64,000 nt of DNA from Macrostomum hystrix (Eukaryota; Animalia; Platyhelminthes), in NCBI GenBank assembly GCA_950097015.1, contig CATNEN010000024.1, positions 434,001 to 498,000 on the forward strand, read 5' to 3'. Shown piece by piece: positions 59,701 through 64,000 of the stretch (positions are counted from its first letter, which is position 1; each line of letters begins with the position of its first letter). The position numbers and the translations under genes are program-made. Below the pieces are notes generated by a model. That model searched no databases. It saw nothing but the letters and a program-made list of their open reading frames with translations, and had not been told where the DNA came from.

Positions 59701-61041
59701 GATCATGTGGAGTGTCAGCTGGTTTCTCTGAGGGATCATGTGGAGTGTCAGCTGGTTTCTCTGAGGGATCATGTGGAGTGTCAGCTGGTTTCTCTGAGGG
59801 ATCATGTGGAGTGTCAGCTGGTTTCCCTGAGGGATCATGCGGGGTAGCAGGCTTTCATTCGTAGCCAAATCACGGAACTCGCTCAAAATCGCAGGATGAA
59901 GCAGCAGCTGGAGGAGGAAGCCGCCCATCGTCGCCTTGAAGAGGAGGAGCGGCAGCGTCGGCTGCAGGCGGAGCGCGAGCAGGAGGAGCTGGAGGCGCAG
60001 CGGCGCGAGCAGCAGCGCCTGCGAGAGCAGGAGGAAGCCAGACAGCGGGAGCTCGAGCTGGAGGAGCTTCGAAAGGTGTGTAGTGGGGACTATTGCAGTT
60101 AGATATCCCTGGTATAACAATTTATCCTCAGGTAGGACTGAGTTGAAGATCCCGGATCCTCAGGTAGGACTGAGTTGAAGATCCCGGATCCTCAGGTAGG
60201 TCTGAGTTGCAGATCCCAGATCCTCAGGTAGGACTGAGTTGCAGATCCTCAGGTAGGACTGAGTTGCTGATCCTCAGGTAGGACTGAGTTGAAGATCCCG
60301 GATCTCCCTATTCAGAAAGAGGAGGAGGAGCGCAAGCGAAAGGCCGCCCTACTGGCCAGACTGAAGGAGCTCGACATGCCGCCAGACGAGAAGCCGCGAG
60401 GCGATGAGGAGGCGGACAGGAAGCCGCCGCCGCATCCCGCCCAGCAACAGCGGCAGCGCAAGCAGTACGACTTCAAGCCGTCTGTAGAGAATCTGCACCA
60501 GGGCAAGCCGGCCTACGACAATGTCGCCGTGCCTGGCCTCATGCAGCAGCAGCAGCAGAACGGCAGCACCAGCGGATCACGACGAGAGTCAGGTAGCGGC
60601 GTCGATAGCTCCTCCGCCGCCGCCGCCGGCTCCGTCAACAGCGATTCGGCCAAGGCGCTGGACCGTCGGGCGGCGGAGAAGGCCCGCGAAGAGAAGATGA
60701 TGGCCGACCTGTTCGGCGGAGCGGCCGAATCGCCGCCGTCCACCAAGTCGGAGCAGCGACGCTCGCAGGCTTCGGCAGATCGGAGCGACGGCGAATCCGG
60801 TGGCCGACGTCGACGCAACGGGGACGCCGACAGCGCCGACCCGCTGGCGGAGCTGCTGAATGGCAACGCCAGTTCCGCCTACCAGCCGAGCAGCTTCGCA
60901 GCGGCTTCAACGGACGGTCAGCGCGGCGGCAGCGGCAGCAGTGGCAAGCTTCTGCCACGACGGCCCAGCGCGAGCAGCGGCAACCGTCAGGCTGTGGGAC
61001 ACTCCGAGGATGTCGACGACATCGAAGAGATGATGCTGTAA
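50724..61041 (+). CDS. LCA5: Lebercilin-like ciliary coiled-coil protein
   Basis: Exons 50724-51057, 51831-51938, 53008-53570, 54040-54177, 54939-55130, 58696-58934, 59895-60075 and 60316-61041, with all phases consistent. Lebercilin-like segments RVMSAKNRKLAELKNE..TENRLLQKQNRINERAL..HQEEVRALKEQLRR and EKEKILDIQNIY. Confidence 0.85.
53735..54022. repeat. 21-bp minisatellite TCTGTCACTCCTGTATTTTTA
   Basis: Tandem copies in an LCA5 intron. Confidence 0.9.
54520..54775. repeat. About 38-bp degenerate tandem repeat (ATCAATATCTACATTAGACAAATAGATCTAGGATTGCA)
   Basis: About 6 copies visible. Confidence 0.8.
55299..56032 (+). repeat. 18-19-bp minisatellite GGGG(G)TTGTAGCCTAGTT derived from the SINE 5' end
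   Basis: About 40 tandem copies running directly into a SINE body. Confidence 0.93.
56020..56345 (+). mobile_element. tRNA-derived SINE (subfamily A copy)
   Basis: Close match to 34314-34570 (GCGTCGGACTCACGA..CCTTTAGCAAGACACTTAACTCTGCATTGCTTCAGTTC..GCTGTGCTGTCGGCT); B-box degenerate; different 3' end. Confidence 0.85.
56662..56734 (+). tRNA. tRNA-Arg (anticodon ACG)
   Basis: 73 nt; acceptor stem GGCCGCG/CGTGGTC, anticodon arm TCTGA-CTACGGA-TCAGA, T-arm GGTTCGAGTCC; T6 at 56751-56756. Confidence 0.97.
57005..57580 (-). repeat. 16-bp minisatellite family, array 4 (GAGATGAGACACGGGA on +)
   Basis: Same monomer as the arrays at 13.9-19.8 kb. Confidence 0.95.
57921..58157. mobile_element. hAT-type MITE, 237 bp
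   Basis: 15-bp perfect TIR CAGTGGCGGCGCAGG/CCTGCGCCGCCACTG; perfect 8-bp TSD TGTGCATT at 57913-57920 and 58158-58165. Confidence 0.93.
58962..59842. repeat. 33-bp minisatellite GAGGGATCATGTGGAGTGTCAGCTGGTTTC(C/T)CT
   Basis: Tandem copies with a 31-bp variant; fills an LCA5 intron. Confidence 0.96.
60127..60305. repeat. About 32-bp tandem repeat CCTCAGGTAGGACTGAGTTGAAGATCCCGGAT
   Basis: About 6 copies with deletion variants, ending next to the splice acceptor at 60315. Confidence 0.85.
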
Positions 61042-62437
61042 TGCTGGAGTCTGGAGTTGGACGAAAAGTTTGAGAATAATTTACAGCCCTATCGCCTATC
61101 GCGTCTGCCCCTTCAGGTGATTCAATGGGTTTCTCGAAAATTTGTTCCCGTTTGATATTTTCCGTCCTGTCAATGTGCATTATCATATGCTATATCATAA
61201 AACAAGTGGGCCCTTCAAATTGGGCCTCTAAAATAATCGGTCAACTCGAGAAGCTGTTAAATTTTACAGGCATCCGTGCTTACTAAAAAGCTTTTGTGGA
61301 CTGCAAGACCATTTGACCTCGTTAATATACGCTTAGCTTTTGCCGTAGCTTTGTAGTTGCTATGCGGTTGCTATGCAAATTGCACTTTCGATGCGATGAC
61401 GCGATGGTTGATTCGTTTAGTCAGTACACAATAATTGATTATTACCTTAACAACCCCATGGCATCAAATGATGATTATTTTTACAATTACTACTCATTAA
61501 AAAAATTTGGTTGCTTTAATTTTTAAGCTTTGGTAAACCTGCTTTGGTAAATGCCTCATTTCAGTCAAACAATTGAAAAGTCATACTTGCTCAAAGGATT
61601 TAGAGGGGTTGATTTTGTCCATTTTTCAATTTAGATATTTGTATCATTTTTGTAGATAGATTTAATTCGATATTGTAGAAAAGGTTGAAAGGCTTCGGCT
61701 CAAGTTCAAATTGGCGCCATCGTGGAGGCGTTATAAGAAAAAATTCCTAAACCAGATAAAAATAATAATTCTTCCTTTGATTTTAAATAGAAAAAAGTAA
61801 ATGAATATTTTACTTGCATATAATTCCGTAAAATTTCATTATGTAATACTTCGTAATTACATATAATTATTCATAAATGTATTTTATGAAAGTTACATAC
61901 AAATAATTACATAATTGCACAATAATTACATAATAATTACATATAATTGTAAGTATATAATTACATATACTTACATATAGTTACAATATAATAAATATAA
62001 TTACATATAATTCCAGTAAACAGCACTATATTGCTTTTTTGCTACGATGCACTAGTAAAGCAAAATTACTAACATTTAACACAAAAATCTCTCGTGATTG
62101 AAAAAATTGTCCCCTCCCCGGTTTTTGAAGGCAAGTCCGTGACTGTCTTCTATAGTTCTGTCCGATTAAAAATTGCACTACTGGTGTATTTTTTGGATTG
62201 CAAAAATCAACCAAAGTCTGTTGCCCTACACGATCTGTTTCAATGTTTTAAATGTGATGCTTATGCAAGCTTATTTGTGATCAGTTATAATACACATGCA
62301 CCAGCATGGACACTAGAGTTATAGGTATTTTATACCCGCTCTGATTACTGCACAATAACTTCATTTTCATATTTCGGCCGTTGATTAATTATTTTTACTA
62401 CCTGATATAGACAACCTGTAATTTCAAAATCTACCTC

Positions 62438-62775
62438 AGTCTGCCAACCTCAGTCTGCCTACCTCAGACTGCCTACCTCAGACTGCCTATCTCAGTCTGC
62501 CTACCTCAGACTGCCTACCTCAGTCTGCCTACCTCAGTCTGCCTAACTCAGTCTGCCTACCTCAGTCTGCCTACCTCAGACTGCCTACCTCAGTCTGCCT
62601 ACCTCAGTCTGCCTACCTCAGTCTGCCTACCTCAGACTGCCTACCTCAGACTGCCTACCTCAGACTGCCTACCTCAGACTGCCTACCTCAGACTGCCTAC
62701 CTCAGACTGCCTACCTCAGTCTGCCTACCTCAGACTGCCTACCTCAGACTGCCTATCTCAGACTGCCTACCTCAG
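62438..62775. repeat. 14-bp minisatellite CCTACCTCAG(A/T)CTG
   Basis: Tandem array. Confidence 0.95.
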
Positions 62776-62894
62776 TCAGTCTCCCTCTCGGAACCTGAAC
62801 TGGGGCGAGGTCTTAAATATGACAATAGGTTCCCATATATATGACTTTAGACATTATAAAATGGAGTGCACAAAATGGCATAAAAAATTGCAAG

Positions 62895-62967
62895 CGACCA
62901 CGCCAGGACTCGAACCTGGAATCTTCTGATCCGTAGTCAGACGCGTTATCCATTGCGCCACGCGGCC
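62895..62967 (-). tRNA. tRNA-Arg (anticodon ACG)
   Basis: Same 73-nt sequence as 56662-56734, on the minus strand; T6 terminator at 62882-62887. Confidence 0.97.
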
Positions 62968-63581
62968 CTGACATGCCAGATCTAAATTCCTGCCGATATA
63001 CTGAGACTCCAGCGCTGACACTGTTTGATCTGCTGCGAGCTGCGGTAAAATGTGTAAGCACAATGGACTTTGGAATCGAATCCGCTTACTAGTCAGTACT
63101 CTTGTACTCAGTAGTCATGGCAAATTTCGAGCATCCAATATTACCATTTGACAATCCGATCTTCAAAAGTATATATAGTTTTGAAAAATCATATTTTTTG
63201 TCATTGGCAAGTTAGGTCTTCAGGGCACGAATACGAGAGCCAATTGTGCGACACACTATGATCTCTTACAGAGCTCATCGGAGTTGTTTTACTGACAACA
63301 AAAGCAGGATCAGATGTGCTAATCGGTCTATCTTTTGAGAATCTGTTGAGAACTAGCAATAATGAATCAATGAAGCCCAGTAGCACAAAACAGTACACTG
63401 TAGTAACTTTTAGAGGCCGTCTATGAAAATCAGTTGTGAAAAACATTTGCCTGTTTTGGATTAAAATAGATTTTTGAAAATTGGAATTGAAAAAGGAGAC
63501 ACCGAAAGTGTGCCAGCAGATCAAACTGTGCCAGCGCTGGAGTCTCAGAATATCGGCAGGAATTTAGATCTGGGATGTCAG

Positions 63582-63654
63582 GGCCGCGTGGCGCAATGGA
63601 TAACGCGTCTGACTACGGATCAGAAGATTCCAGGTTCGAGTCCTGGCGTGGTCG
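63582..63654 (+). tRNA. tRNA-Arg (anticodon ACG)
   Basis: Same 73-nt sequence; T4 at 63662-63665. Confidence 0.97.
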
Positions 63655-64000
63655 ATCAGTCTTTTGCATCAGAAGGTTTAGTTGCAGGAAATGCTTGAAT
63701 GTCCACTAGTTGATAGCTTGAGGGTGCATAAGTAGATGGCTTTAATGTCTATCAATAAGTAGCATGAGTGTTCATCAGTTGATACCTGATACGAGTTCGT
63801 AGTTCGGATATTGGTGATTTTGAAGACAGCGCAAGTTGCTCTATATTTTGAACCTTTGATTACGGGCTTCTCTGAATCAGTAAAAACGACATTCCGAAAC
63901 AAAACATATACTCGCAAATCTGGCGCGACAATTGTTAAAGAAGAAGGGTCCCCACCGCCAATGAATTCTTCACTCTACTTAAAAAAAGAATTCGAACGAC

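Noticed and set aside
56662-63654. Functional link between CDK5RAP1 and the nearby tRNA-Arg genes
   Set aside because: MiaB-type enzymes act on i6A37 tRNAs reading UNN codons; tRNA-Arg(ACG) is not a substrate.

Overview
Eukaryotic, intron-rich animal DNA. GC-rich exons with poly-Ala/Gly/Gln tracts, and introns each filled with their own minisatellite, suggest a free-living flatworm such as Macrostomum (inference only). The minus strand carries six co-oriented coding units from 47.3 kb down to 0.5 kb: SOCS6/7-like, CDK5RAP1/MiaB-like methylthiotransferase, a small EF-hand protein, a 16-repeat ankyrin ORF, a Mab-21/cGAS-like receptor (cGLR) with an intact catalytic motif, and a multi-C-type-lectin/sushi protein. 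The plus strand carries a lebercilin (LCA5)-like gene. Also present: an intact DD34D mariner with TIRs and TA duplication, a hAT-type MITE with a perfect 8-bp TSD, three tRNA-derived SINE copies, three identical tRNA-Arg(ACG) genes and more than 25 tandem arrays. Leading findings: (1) the cGLR has no start codon of its own, and the ankyrin ORF stop sits inside a phase-matched splice donor, predicting an ankyrin-cGLR fusion that competes with a poly(A) site; (2) the large cGLR exon is flanked by inverted copies of one minisatellite; (3) CDK5RAP1 has no ATG and may use the AUG of a trans-spliced leader; (4) a roughly 40-copy array is built from a SINE's Pol III A-box. All splice models were read by eye and need RNA support.
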